Shown here one piece after another: positions 42,392 through 50,938 of a stretch of DNA of 64,000 nucleotides. The notes beneath the pieces are model-generated. The model was not told where the DNA came from. It made no database searches and saw only the letters and a program-made list of their open reading frames with translations. Made by a program: the position numbers and the translations under genes. This stretch comes from Bacteroidota bacterium. Its GTDB lineage: Bacteria; Bacteroidota; Bacteroidia; Flavobacteriales; UBA7312. The stretch lies in assembly GCA_036340235.1 (NCBI GenBank), contig JAYYZE010000011.1, forward strand, positions 39,492 through 103,491, read 5' to 3'. Position 1 is the first letter of the stretch, and each line of letters opens with the position of its first letter.

Positions 42392-42990
42392 ACGGACGGG
42401 TATTTGACAGTAATACTAGCAGTGCCTTTGATGAAATCCACACTACCCACTTTCACAGAACTAACTTCAAACCCTAAACGGTCCTCGATATCTTTTTTTA
42501 GTATGTCGTAATTTTCGGGCTTGATATTTTCCAACTTCTCGTACTGTATCTTTTTGGAATTAAGTTTGTGAACCTCCCATATATTTTCAATAATGTAAAT
42601 GCAAAAAACAATGATTGAATTGGCACCAAGAATTTCGGCATAGCTCAGTTTTCGATTAGCCAAAGAATTGATTACCGAAACACCAATGACGATGAACAAA
42701 TAAGTCATTTCTTTGATGTCAATGGAAGTGGTACGGTACCTAATTATTCCAAAAATGGCAAAAAGACCCAAAGCCATACCAATATCTAACTCAAACTTCT
42801 TTAGCGTGAAACATAGAAAGAAAACGATTATTCCAACCATGTAAAAAGCAAAGATGTAGTCTTTGCGTTTGGTTTTGGTATAATACAACCAGCGAATAAT
42901 AAGCGTTAAAAAGGTGATGTTTATTACAAAACGAAAAATCATCTTGTAGAAGTCATCATCAAACAAAGGTATTCCGAAGAATTCAGTCAT
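42388..42990 (-). CDS. DUF4956-like integral membrane protein
   Basis: 200 aa. IRWLYYTKTKRKDYIFAFYMVG...GMALGLFAIFGIIRYRTTSIDIKEMTYLF is the pattern I associate with DUF4956. It overlaps the next gene by 4 nt. Confidence 0.6.
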   Translation of the reverse strand: MTEFFGIPLFDDDFYKMIFRFVINITFLTLIIRWLYYTKTKRKDYIFAFYMVGIIVFFLCFTLKKFELDIGMALGLFAIFGIIRYRTTSIDIKEMTYLFIVIGVSVINSLANRKLSYAEILGANSIIVFCIYIIENIWEVHKLNSKKIQYEKLENIKPENYDILKKDIEDRLGFEVSSVKVGSVDFIKGTASITVKYPSV

Positions 42991-43179
42991 AATATCGTTT
43001 TTGGTCAGGCAGACTTTCTAACAGTAATGTATCTTGTTAGGTCGTCAATGCAGTGTAGTTGCTTTGACAGATTAGATGTCTTGAATTAATTAGTCGGTTA
43101 ATTAAAAACCAATTCAAATATAACCCAATTTATTTAACCTAATAGCATGTGTGGATTTGCCCACCATAATTTATCAATT

Positions 43180-43216
43180 AAAAAAAATGCAAGCCCATTT
43201 GGTCTTATGCGCTTGC
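43180..43216 (-). terminator. orphan intrinsic terminator (minus strand)
   Basis: Minus strand GCAAGC-G-CAT-AAGACCAA-ATG-G-GCTTGC-A-TTTTTTTT: a 6+3 bp stem with one mismatch, then a U8 tract. No minus-strand gene ends directly upstream of it. Confidence 0.5.
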
Positions 43217-43251
43217 TATTGATGCTTATCATGACTGTATAGACTAAACCA

Positions 43252-43479
43252 ATGAACAGGATCAAAAAAATAGTAGCAGTAGCTTTTTTAATTTACATCC
43301 CATTAAGCTGGATGGGTTTTCTAAGTTTTCATCTAGATTATGTTATCTGGATTTTAACATTATATTTCGCTGTTGTCATGGCTTTTAACAGAAAAATTAT
43401 CCCTGTTTACTTTCGTAATAATAAAGAGCTAATAATTATTATTGCATTAGCCCTTACTCTTATATTATGGTTGAGCTAG
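43252..43479 (+). CDS. hypothetical small membrane protein (75 aa)
   Basis: ORF with 2-3 hydrophobic helices (IVAVAFLIYIPLSWMGFLSF, VIWILTLYFAVVMAF, LIIIIALALTLILWL). I recognise no family. Confidence 0.4.
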   Translation: MNRIKKIVAVAFLIYIPLSWMGFLSFHLDYVIWILTLYFAVVMAFNRKIIPVYFRNNKELIIIIALALTLILWLS

Positions 43480-43505
43480 TTGAAATATCGTACGAAAAAT
43501 TTTTC

Positions 43506-43542
43506 AAAAAAAACGCAACAATCTGACATACAGAATGTTGCG
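43506..43542 (-). terminator. intrinsic terminator after tRNA-Leu
   Basis: Minus strand CGCAACA-(15-nt loop)-TGTTGCG-TTTTTTTT, starting 4 nt after the tRNA 3' end. Confidence 0.5.
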
Positions 43543-43546
43543 ATAG

Positions 43547-43628
43547 TGCGGATGAAGGGAGTCGAACCCCCACGCCTCGCGGCACTAGATCCTAAGTCTA
43601 GCGTGTCTACCAATTCCACCACATCCGC
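43547..43628 (-). tRNA. tRNA-Leu (anticodon TAG), long variable arm
   Basis: Minus strand GCGGATG TG GTGGAATTGGTAGACAC G CTAGA CTTAGGA TCTAG TGCCGCGAGGCGT GGGGGTTCGACTCCCTT CATCCGC A. Confidence 0.9.
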
Positions 43629-43748
43629 ATCGTAATGGATTGCAAATATAGAATTTTTCATTTTCCAAGCTCAAAATTAATCAATGAAATTCAATTCGTA
43701 GTTTGCTTATTGTAGTATATTTGTTTGTATAATATTAGAACACACCAA

Positions 43749-44648
43749 ATGTTACACATTACCCCCAAAGACATATCGGTTGGCCAACTACATCAGTATC
43801 TGTTGGGTTCGGTTGGTCCTCGCCCAATTGCCTTGGCTAGCACCATAGATGAGGATGGTACGCCCAATTTAAGTCCATACAGCTTCTTCAATGTATTTAG
43901 TGCCAATCCACCCATAGCTATCTTTTCACCGGCTAGGCGTGTCAGAGATAATACCACCAAGCACACCTTAGAAAATGTCAAACTGAACAAAGAGGTCGTT
44001 ATCAACGTAGTGTCTTACGACATGGTGCAACAAACGTCTTTGTCTAGCACTGAATATGCGGCAGGCGTCAATGAGTTTTTAAAGGCCGGCTTCACCCCCC
44101 TTGAATCTGAAAAGGTACGTCCTTGTAGGGTTAAAGAGTCGCCTGTTCAGCTGGAGTGTAAGGTGATAGATATCACAGCCTTAGGAAAAGAAGGTGGAGC
44201 TGGCAACTTGGTGATTTGCGAAATTATAATGTTACATATCAACGATCGAATTTTGGATGATGATGGCGCAATAGATCCACACAAATTGGATTTAGTTGGC
44301 AGGCTTGGTGGCAATTGGTACTGCAGAAGTTCGTTCGATGCTCTATTCGAAGTAGAAAAACCACTAAGAAATCTAGGCATTGGAGTGGACAACATCCCAG
44401 AAAATATACGATATAGTTCCATCCTTTCAGGAAATGATTTAGGCATATTAGGAAATGTTGAGGCCTTACCTACACATCTAGAAGTCGATACCTTTAGACA
44501 AAAAAATCAACATATCCCTGAAATTTTCGCATTCAATGAGCAAGATAAAAAAGCTAGAGAAGCACTTCATCAAAGAGCAAAGACCTTACTGAAAGAAGGG
44601 CATGTCAAGGATGCATGGAAAACATTAATGATAGATAAAATTAACTAA
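43749..44648 (+). CDS. flavin reductase-like (FMN-binding split-barrel) protein with about 100-aa C-terminal extension
   Basis: The ATG at 43749 gives MLHITPKDISVGQLHQYLLGSVGPRPIALASTIDEDGTPNLSPYSFFN, a typical flavin_reduct N-terminus. The track start at 43725 is a TTG. Confidence 0.8.
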   Translation: MLHITPKDISVGQLHQYLLGSVGPRPIALASTIDEDGTPNLSPYSFFNVFSANPPIAIFSPARRVRDNTTKHTLENVKLNKEVVINVVSYDMVQQTSLSSTEYAAGVNEFLKAGFTPLESEKVRPCRVKESPVQLECKVIDITALGKEGGAGNLVICEIIMLHINDRILDDDGAIDPHKLDLVGRLGGNWYCRSSFDALFEVEKPLRNLGIGVDNIPENIRYSSILSGNDLGILGNVEALPTHLEVDTFRQKNQHIPEIFAFNEQDKKAREALHQRAKTLLKEGHVKDAWKTLMIDKIN

Positions 44649-44650
44649 AA

Positions 44651-45007
44651 ATGAGTTTAACAATAACAGGAAAATTAATCAAAACACTAGACGTGGAAAG
44701 CGGCACTAGCAAGGCCGGAAAAGAATGGAAAAAACAATCCTTTATTATTGATACGGGTTCTCAATACAATTCAGAGGTATGTTTTAGCTTGTTTGGCGAA
44801 GACAAGATTGCGCTTTTAGACGGCCTACAACCTGGCACAGAGATAGAAGTTTCCTTCAACCTTTCATCTAGAGAATACAACGGCAAATATTACCACAATA
44901 TCGACGCTTGGCGAATCAACAAATCGGCAGCTGCGGTGGTGGAAAACATTCCTCAAGTACCACTGGATTCGTTGGAAGCCGACGAAGATGATGATTTGCC
45001 CTTCTAA
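44651..45007 (+). CDS. DUF3127-like OB-fold protein with SSB-type acidic C-terminal tip
   Basis: 118 aa. ITGKLIKTLDVESGTSKAGKEWKKQSFIIDT...EVCFSLFGEDKI is the DUF3127 pattern. The protein ends EADEDDDLPF. Confidence 0.7.
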   Translation: MSLTITGKLIKTLDVESGTSKAGKEWKKQSFIIDTGSQYNSEVCFSLFGEDKIALLDGLQPGTEIEVSFNLSSREYNGKYYHNIDAWRINKSAAAVVENIPQVPLDSLEADEDDDLPF

Positions 45008-45013
45008 ATCACC

Positions 45014-46348
45014 ATGACCGCTCGTTTGTTAGCCATTTTTAAAGCCATTCTGCCAGCACCCTTTACCATCGCGGTATTGCTCACGGCATTTACCTTTTTG
45101 TTGGCCTATTTCATGGGACCTAAGTCGTCATCACCACTTGATCTTTTGAGCTATTGGGAGAAAGGCCTTTGGAATGGACCTTTGTTAGTCTTTGCTATGC
45201 AGATGATGCTAATGTTGGTCTTGGGTCATGTGTTAGCATTGAGCAAGGTGGTAAGTCGCTATATTGACAAGGCTAGCCAACTTTGCCAAGATTCGGCAAG
45301 TGCAGCCGCGCTAGTTACTCTTCTTACTCTTTTGGTATCCTTCTTTAATTGGGGGCTTGGCCTAGTATTCGGAGCCATTTTTGCCAGAAAGGTGGGAGAA
45401 CATTTTTCAAAAAATAAAACACCGTTGAACTACCCTTTAATTGGTGCAGCAGGCTATTCTGGGCTAATGGTGTGGCATGGTGGCATTTCCGGATCAGCGC
45501 CCATAAAAATTGCAGAAAAGGGACATTTCTTAGAGCAACAAATGGGGGTCATCGCCCAATCAGAAACTATATTTTCTAGTATGAACCTGACGGTCAGTTT
45601 AGTACTTCTAATAGTAATGCCCCTGTTCATGTATTTCATGGCCAAAAAAAGTAAACAAGGAGCTCCATTGAACGTTCTACACCAAAGCCCTGTTGCTACA
45701 AGCGATGCTATTGAAGGGGCCGATAAGCTCAACCATTCCAAATGGCTGGCTTTTTTCTTTGGTAGCATCATTTTACTTTATTGCCTATACAAGGCATTTA
45801 TTTTACCCGAAGTAGTGAGTTTATCTTTTATCACTCCTAATTTTATAAATCTATTTCTTTTGGCACTTGGGATAGTCTGCCATACTAGTTTTTCTCGCTT
45901 TTTAGACGCAGTCAATCAAGCCATTGGCGGAGCAAGTGGCATCTTGATTCAATTCCCTCTCTATTTTGGTATTATGGGCATTATGAACCACTCTGGCTTG
46001 GTAAGTGTGTTTTCTGATTTCTTTGTAAGTATTTCTGATGAAATCACATTTCCAATATTTACCTTTTTAAGTGCCGGAATAGTGAATGTTTTTGTGCCCA
46101 GTGGTGGGGGCCAATGGGGTGTTCAAGGGCCTATTATTATTGAAGCCGCTAACCAACTCAATGTGCCATATTGGAAAGCCGTCATGGCATTGGCTTATGG
46201 CGATCAGCTCACCAATATGCTACAACCATTTTGGGCCTTACCACTCCTTGGCATTACGGGTCTAAAAGCCAAGGATATTTTGCCATATAGCATCTTGTTA
46301 ATGCTAGTTGGAGCTGTGATTTTTATTAGCGGTATTCTGATATTTTAG
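45014..46348 (+). CDS. short-chain fatty acid transporter (AtoE/TIGR00366-like)
   Basis: 444 aa, polytopic. The N-terminus LPAPFTIAVLLTAFTFLLA and the GGGQWGVQGP segment are typical of AtoE-type transporters. Confidence 0.75.
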   Translation: MTARLLAIFKAILPAPFTIAVLLTAFTFLLAYFMGPKSSSPLDLLSYWEKGLWNGPLLVFAMQMMLMLVLGHVLALSKVVSRYIDKASQLCQDSASAAALVTLLTLLVSFFNWGLGLVFGAIFARKVGEHFSKNKTPLNYPLIGAAGYSGLMVWHGGISGSAPIKIAEKGHFLEQQMGVIAQSETIFSSMNLTVSLVLLIVMPLFMYFMAKKSKQGAPLNVLHQSPVATSDAIEGADKLNHSKWLAFFFGSIILLYCLYKAFILPEVVSLSFITPNFINLFLLALGIVCHTSFSRFLDAVNQAIGGASGILIQFPLYFGIMGIMNHSGLVSVFSDFFVSISDEITFPIFTFLSAGIVNVFVPSGGGQWGVQGPIIIEAANQLNVPYWKAVMALAYGDQLTNMLQPFWALPLLGITGLKAKDILPYSILLMLVGAVIFISGILIF

Positions 46349-47394
46349 CTTTTGACATCCAAGGCATCACGAACTGCATTGCCCAATAACACAAAAGACA
46401 GCACCAGCAACATTATGGCAATTCCTGGAAAGATAGCCAAGTAAGATTTACCCATAACGATAAAAGCATAGTTATCTTTAATCATCGTTCCCCATGATGC
46501 CAAGGGTGGCTGAGCACCCAACCCCAAGAAGCTCAAGCCCGCTTCGATAAGAATAGCTGAAGCAAAATTGGCTGCTGAAATAACAATTACAGCGCCCATC
46601 ACATTGGGTAATATGTGTTTAAAAAGTATTCGCACATGCCCATAGCCTAATGTTGTAGCTGCTTCAACATATTGATTTTCTTTTACACTTAAAACCTCTC
46701 CTCTAACAACACGCGCCACTTCTACCCACATACTTAGTCCGACGGCAACAAAGACTTGCCAAAAACCCTTGCCTAAAGCTAGTGTAATGGCAATTACTAA
46801 AAGCAAGGTAGGAATAGACCAAATGACGTTAATCAACCACATAACAACGGCATCTACCCATCCTCGAAAATAAGCCGCCGAGGCACCCAAACTGATACCA
46901 ATAAATAGTGAAATGAATACGGAAATAAAGCCAACTGAAAGTGAAACCCTGGTCCCGATTAAAATTCGACTCAATAAATCCCTACCAAAGGTGTCAGTTC
47001 CTAGAAAGTATGATCTTGACTCTATTTCATACAGCGCATTAGTCATATACTCTTCCTTTACAGCATCATAAGTTAAATAATAAAGAGTATCGTTAGAAAG
47101 TCTATACGTAAGAATAGGAATTTCTGTATATAAGGCAGTTTGTCCAACAAGCATCTTCTGTATAAATCCAACTTTCTTCACTTGATCATTGGGGACTAAA
47201 ATAAGATTGGTAGAAAATCCTGGTTCTTTCTTAGAAAGTTCCAAATGCATATTGTTGGAAAATGGGGTTGAATCTGGTAAAAAAGTATAGCCGATTATAC
47301 TTACTATGAAGGCAATGAATATAACAGTCAAGCCCAAAACACCTAATGGATTGCGCCGAAATTTGTACCACGCTATGTTTGACAAACTACTCAT
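46345..47394 (-). CDS. ABC transporter permease, OppC/DppC type, no cognate ATPase, SBP or second permease nearby
   Basis: 349 aa with an OppC_N-like N-terminus (AWYKFRRNPLGVLGL), a BPD_transp_1 core and the EAA-like loop (YVEAATTLGYGHVRILFKHILPN). Confidence 0.85.
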   Translation of the reverse strand: MSSLSNIAWYKFRRNPLGVLGLTVIFIAFIVSIIGYTFLPDSTPFSNNMHLELSKKEPGFSTNLILVPNDQVKKVGFIQKMLVGQTALYTEIPILTYRLSNDTLYYLTYDAVKEEYMTNALYEIESRSYFLGTDTFGRDLLSRILIGTRVSLSVGFISVFISLFIGISLGASAAYFRGWVDAVVMWLINVIWSIPTLLLVIAITLALGKGFWQVFVAVGLSMWVEVARVVRGEVLSVKENQYVEAATTLGYGHVRILFKHILPNVMGAVIVISAANFASAILIEAGLSFLGLGAQPPLASWGTMIKDNYAFIVMGKSYLAIFPGIAIMLLVLSFVLLGNAVRDALDVKS

Positions 47395-48452
47395 TTTTTA
47401 TATGACCTGCCTTTCCATTCATAAGTATTTAATTGCGAAGACAACGCTACCCAAACTATGTAAATTGGGTAAATAAATTGTAAAATCCAAAATAATGGTA
47501 TAATCTTATTTAACTCAAAAAAAGAGGCTACTCTTTTTAAAAATAAATAATCCGTGACACTCTTTATTAGATAAGTCAACACCAACGCTTTAATATTGAA
47601 CGATAAAATAAAATAAAGAAAAATTAAGTTGGTTGAAAAAACCAATAAGGCCGACCAAAGGGCACTTTTGTCTTTGTAAGAAGAACTTTTTGAGGCCCAT
47701 CGTTTTCTTTGGTTTATAAAATCAGAGAGGGTGCTTTTAGGATGCGTGTACACTATGGCTTCTTGTTCCTTAACAAAATGTATCTTTCCTTTGTTTCTTT
47801 TGACATGGTGCAAAAGAAAGACATCATCGCCAGAAGCAATTTGATGTTCTGTGGATTTATAGATAGACTTTCTAAATGCCATATTCGCAGCATTGCACAT
47901 AAAAGGTTTGTTATTGCCAACAGCTCCTGCTCCCGACGCAATTAAACTCATAAACTCGAGTGCTTGAAATCGGTCAAAAAGATTGGTTAGTGGTCGGTAG
48001 GCTACTGGACCAAACACAAATTGAACATCATTATCTACAAAGGGAGCCATCATTTTAATCAGCCAGTTGGTGCCAACTCTACAATCGGCATCGGTAGTTA
48101 GTATAACGTCACTAGATGCGTGCTGTATGCCGAATTCAATGGCTGATTTTTTTCCCGCTTGTGGAGATTTTAAGAGAATTTTTTTTACAGGAAAAGAATC
48201 GATCAAATCGAAAGAATTATCCTCAGAAGAATCGTCCACAAAAATAAATTCAAGGTGTGTTTTTGGATAGTTTTGATTTTTTAAATCAGCTAACAATAAA
48301 GGCAAGTACTTAGCCTCATTTCTAAAAGCCACAACAATGCTAAGTTTGACCGCCTTGTTATCCTCAAATTGAGATAAACGACCCCACCCCTTAGCGTAGT
48401 AGAAAATCTGAATAATGTAGAGTAACAAAACAATTAAAGCAAAATTTATCAT
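47391..48452 (-). CDS. integral-membrane family 2 glycosyltransferase with QxxRW motif
   Basis: The ATG at 48452 gives an N-terminal TM helix MINFALIVLLLYIIQIFYY. Also LSIVVAFRNEAKYL, FVDDSSED, TDADC (DxD) and QRKRW at 47697-47711, plus C-terminal TM helices. Confidence 0.8.
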   Translation of the reverse strand: MINFALIVLLLYIIQIFYYAKGWGRLSQFEDNKAVKLSIVVAFRNEAKYLPLLLADLKNQNYPKTHLEFIFVDDSSEDNSFDLIDSFPVKKILLKSPQAGKKSAIEFGIQHASSDVILTTDADCRVGTNWLIKMMAPFVDNDVQFVFGPVAYRPLTNLFDRFQALEFMSLIASGAGAVGNNKPFMCNAANMAFRKSIYKSTEHQIASGDDVFLLHHVKRNKGKIHFVKEQEAIVYTHPKSTLSDFINQRKRWASKSSSYKDKSALWSALLVFSTNLIFLYFILSFNIKALVLTYLIKSVTDYLFLKRVASFFELNKIIPLFWILQFIYPIYIVWVALSSQLNTYEWKGRSYKK

Positions 48453-49423
48453 GTTCGAAAAAACTTCAATTGATATACAAACAATGTACCTACAATGGCT
48501 GGTAAAACTAGATTGATAAACCACAACGAAAAGGCAGCCGTCATAATTCCCAAAACGTTGTCTGAAATAAACCCAAAGAAAAATACAGACACGGAGCCCC
48601 TAACTCCTATTTCGGTTAGTGCAATAGAGGGTATAACTGACATACTGAAAAATGTTAACGAACTCATTATCATCGAATCTAAAAAAGAAATATCAAGGCC
48701 AGTATATTTCAATAGCATAAAAAATTGATACGAATAAACGAAATATCTAGTGATACTTAGCCCTAAAACAGCTAAAATATCTCGATTGGTAAAAACATCT
48801 AGGGTTTGACAATATTCTGTGTATTTTTTGAGGGTTTTCCAACGGGTGAGCACCTCCAAAAAACGAGAAGTATTAAAAAGACCTACTAACAAACAGATGA
48901 TAATGATAAGCGCAAAAAAAGTCAACAAAAGCGTGTTGCTAAATAACGATGGCAACACAGACATACTGTATTCTGAAGCAAACAAAACGAGTGCTACCAA
49001 ACCAAAAATTAGTGTTATAATTAACTGATTGACATTGCCAAAAATAGTTATCAATACGGCTTTTATTCTATCCGCATGTGAAAGGCAAAAAACGCGTCCA
49101 CCAAACTCGCCTACCCTGTTAGGAGTAAACATGGAAACAGTAATACCTAAAAACACTGCTTTCAATGATAACCAAAAACTGACCTTTTCAATTCTAGAAA
49201 TTAGAAAGCGCCACTTGAAGGCATCAATAGACCAGTTAACAAGCATTAACCCAAATACAAAAAACAAATCAATATGGCTTCTTTTATTATCAAAAAGAGC
49301 TAAAAACTGTAGCTTGATTTCTTCTAAAGAGTCATTGTCAAATATTTTTTGGTATAAAAACCAAAAGGACAAAACAACAATCAATAGTTTAATGATAAGA
49401 CCTAATTTTTTGCTACTTTGCAT
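48449..49423 (-). CDS. flippase-like polytopic membrane protein (lysylphosphatidylglycerol-synthase TM region / UPF0104-like)
   Basis: Preferred ATG at 49423 (MQSSKKLGLIIKLLIVVLSFWFLY). About 8 TM helices. WRFLISRIEKVSFWLSLKAVFLGITVSMFTPNRVGEFGGRV fits the family pattern. Confidence 0.65.
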   Translation of the reverse strand: MQSSKKLGLIIKLLIVVLSFWFLYQKIFDNDSLEEIKLQFLALFDNKRSHIDLFFVFGLMLVNWSIDAFKWRFLISRIEKVSFWLSLKAVFLGITVSMFTPNRVGEFGGRVFCLSHADRIKAVLITIFGNVNQLIITLIFGLVALVLFASEYSMSVLPSLFSNTLLLTFFALIIIICLLVGLFNTSRFLEVLTRWKTLKKYTEYCQTLDVFTNRDILAVLGLSITRYFVYSYQFFMLLKYTGLDISFLDSMIMSSLTFFSMSVIPSIALTEIGVRGSVSVFFFGFISDNVLGIMTAAFSLWFINLVLPAIVGTLFVYQLKFFRT

Positions 49424-49441
49424 ATTGACAATAATACAAAA

Positions 49442-49999
49442 TTGAAACAACAATCTGACCGAATAATACTAGGCATTGACCCTGGCACCACTATCATGGG
49501 TTATGGCCTCATTCACGTTAAAAATCAGAGGATGGAATTAATAACTATGGGAGTTATTCATTTATCAAAATTGAAGAGTCACCCTGATAAACTAAAGCGA
49601 ATTTTTGAACGTACCTTGAGCCTAATCGATGAATACAAAGTAGATGAATTGGCTTTAGAAGCGCCTTTTTTTGGAAAGAATGTTCAATCAATGCTAAAAC
49701 TTGGCAGAGCACAAGGTGTTGCCATGGCGGCTGGTCTCTTTAGAGAAACACCCATTTTTGAGTATGCGCCTAAAAAAATAAAAATGTCAATTACAGGAAG
49801 GGGTTCAGCAACAAAGGAACAAGTTGCTGGCATGTTACAAAACTTATTAAAACTAAAGGAAATACCTAAACAACTTGATGCTAGTGATGGACTTGCGGCA
49901 GCAGTTTGTCATTTTTTTCAAAAGACCTCAATGAAGTCTAAAACATCATACTCATCGTGGTCATCATTTTTAAAAGACAACCCTAATAGACTAAAATAA
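49442..49999 (+). CDS. ruvC: crossover junction endodeoxyribonuclease RuvC
   Basis: RIILGIDPGTTIMGYGLI, LALEAPFFGKNVQS and DASDGLAAAVCHF. No ATG is available. Candidate starts are the TTG at 49442 (preferred) and the TTG at 49418. Confidence 0.88.
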   Translation: MKQQSDRIILGIDPGTTIMGYGLIHVKNQRMELITMGVIHLSKLKSHPDKLKRIFERTLSLIDEYKVDELALEAPFFGKNVQSMLKLGRAQGVAMAAGLFRETPIFEYAPKKIKMSITGRGSATKEQVAGMLQNLLKLKEIPKQLDASDGLAAAVCHFFQKTSMKSKTSYSSWSSFLKDNPNRLK

Positions 50000-50389
50000 A
50001 TAGCGGTGACGAATTTCTTTGGCAATTCTTTCAAATTCTGTCTTTGTAAAAACTAGTTTTTCTTTAGAAAAATTTAAATCCTCAACGGAGTTTATAGGAA
50101 CTAGATGGATGTGGGCATGTGGCACTTCTAAACCTACAACAGCTACTCCAATTCGTTGGCAAGTGATAGCTTTCTTTTGTGCTTTAGCAACGTCTCTTGC
50201 AAATGTCCAAAGATTAGTATAATCTTGACCTTCTATGTCAAATAGATAGTCGGTTTCTTTTTTTGGAATCACTAATGTGTGTCCTTTTGCTAATGGGAAA
50301 ATATCTAAGAAGGCCAAATGATGATCATCCTCAGCCACTTTGTAAGAAGGGATTTCATTAGCAACTATTTTGGAGAAAATAGATGACAT
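49991..50389 (-). CDS. HIT-family (histidine triad) nucleotide hydrolase
   Basis: 132 aa with the HxHxHxx motif VPHAHIHLVP. Confidence 0.9.
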   Translation of the reverse strand: MSSIFSKIVANEIPSYKVAEDDHHLAFLDIFPLAKGHTLVIPKKETDYLFDIEGQDYTNLWTFARDVAKAQKKAITCQRIGVAVVGLEVPHAHIHLVPINSVEDLNFSKEKLVFTKTEFERIAKEIRHRYLF

Positions 50390-50862
50390 TATCTAGTAAT
50401 TTCAACGATTTCAAATTTCATGAGTCCGCTAGGCACTTGTATTTCTGCTACTTCACCTACTTTTTTGCCTAAAAGGCCCTTAGCTATGGGAGAATTCACA
50501 GAGATTTTTTTTGTTTTTAAATCTGCTTCACTTTCAGGAACAATAAGATAAGTCATAGTCATAGAGTTGACCATATTTTTTATGGTTACCTTCGACATGA
50601 TTAAGACTTTCGAATTGTCTATTTGTGATTCGTCTAAAATTCTAGCTTTTGACAACTCCGATTCTAGCTTTGCTATTTTAGCTTCTAAAAGACCTTGCGC
50701 CTCTTTAGCTGCATCGTATTCTGCGTTTTCTGAGAGATCGCCTTTGTCTCTGGCTTCAGCAATTTGTTTGGCTATGTTGGCTCGTTCTGTCGTCTTTAGA
50801 AAATCTAATTCGTTCTTTAGTTTTTCAAGACCTTCTTCTGTGTAATAAACTGTATCTTTCAT
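50389..50862 (-). CDS. greA: transcription elongation factor GreA
   Basis: The ATG at 50862 gives MKDTVYYTEEGLEKLKNELDFLK...GDLSENAEYDAAKEAQ, the GreA coiled-coil. The C-terminus has SPIAKGLLGKKVGE. Confidence 0.9.
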   Translation of the reverse strand: MKDTVYYTEEGLEKLKNELDFLKTTERANIAKQIAEARDKGDLSENAEYDAAKEAQGLLEAKIAKLESELSKARILDESQIDNSKVLIMSKVTIKNMVNSMTMTYLIVPESEADLKTKKISVNSPIAKGLLGKKVGEVAEIQVPSGLMKFEIVEITR

Positions 50863-50938
50863 TATATGGTAATTTATAAAATCCAAAGAGAAGATATTAT
50901 TCATATCTCCTCTTCGTGCAAACTATATTTTTTAAATG

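Noticed and set aside
43476-43661. 61-aa minus-strand ORF.
   Set aside because: It is the translation of tRNA-Leu(TAG) and its terminator, not a protein gene.
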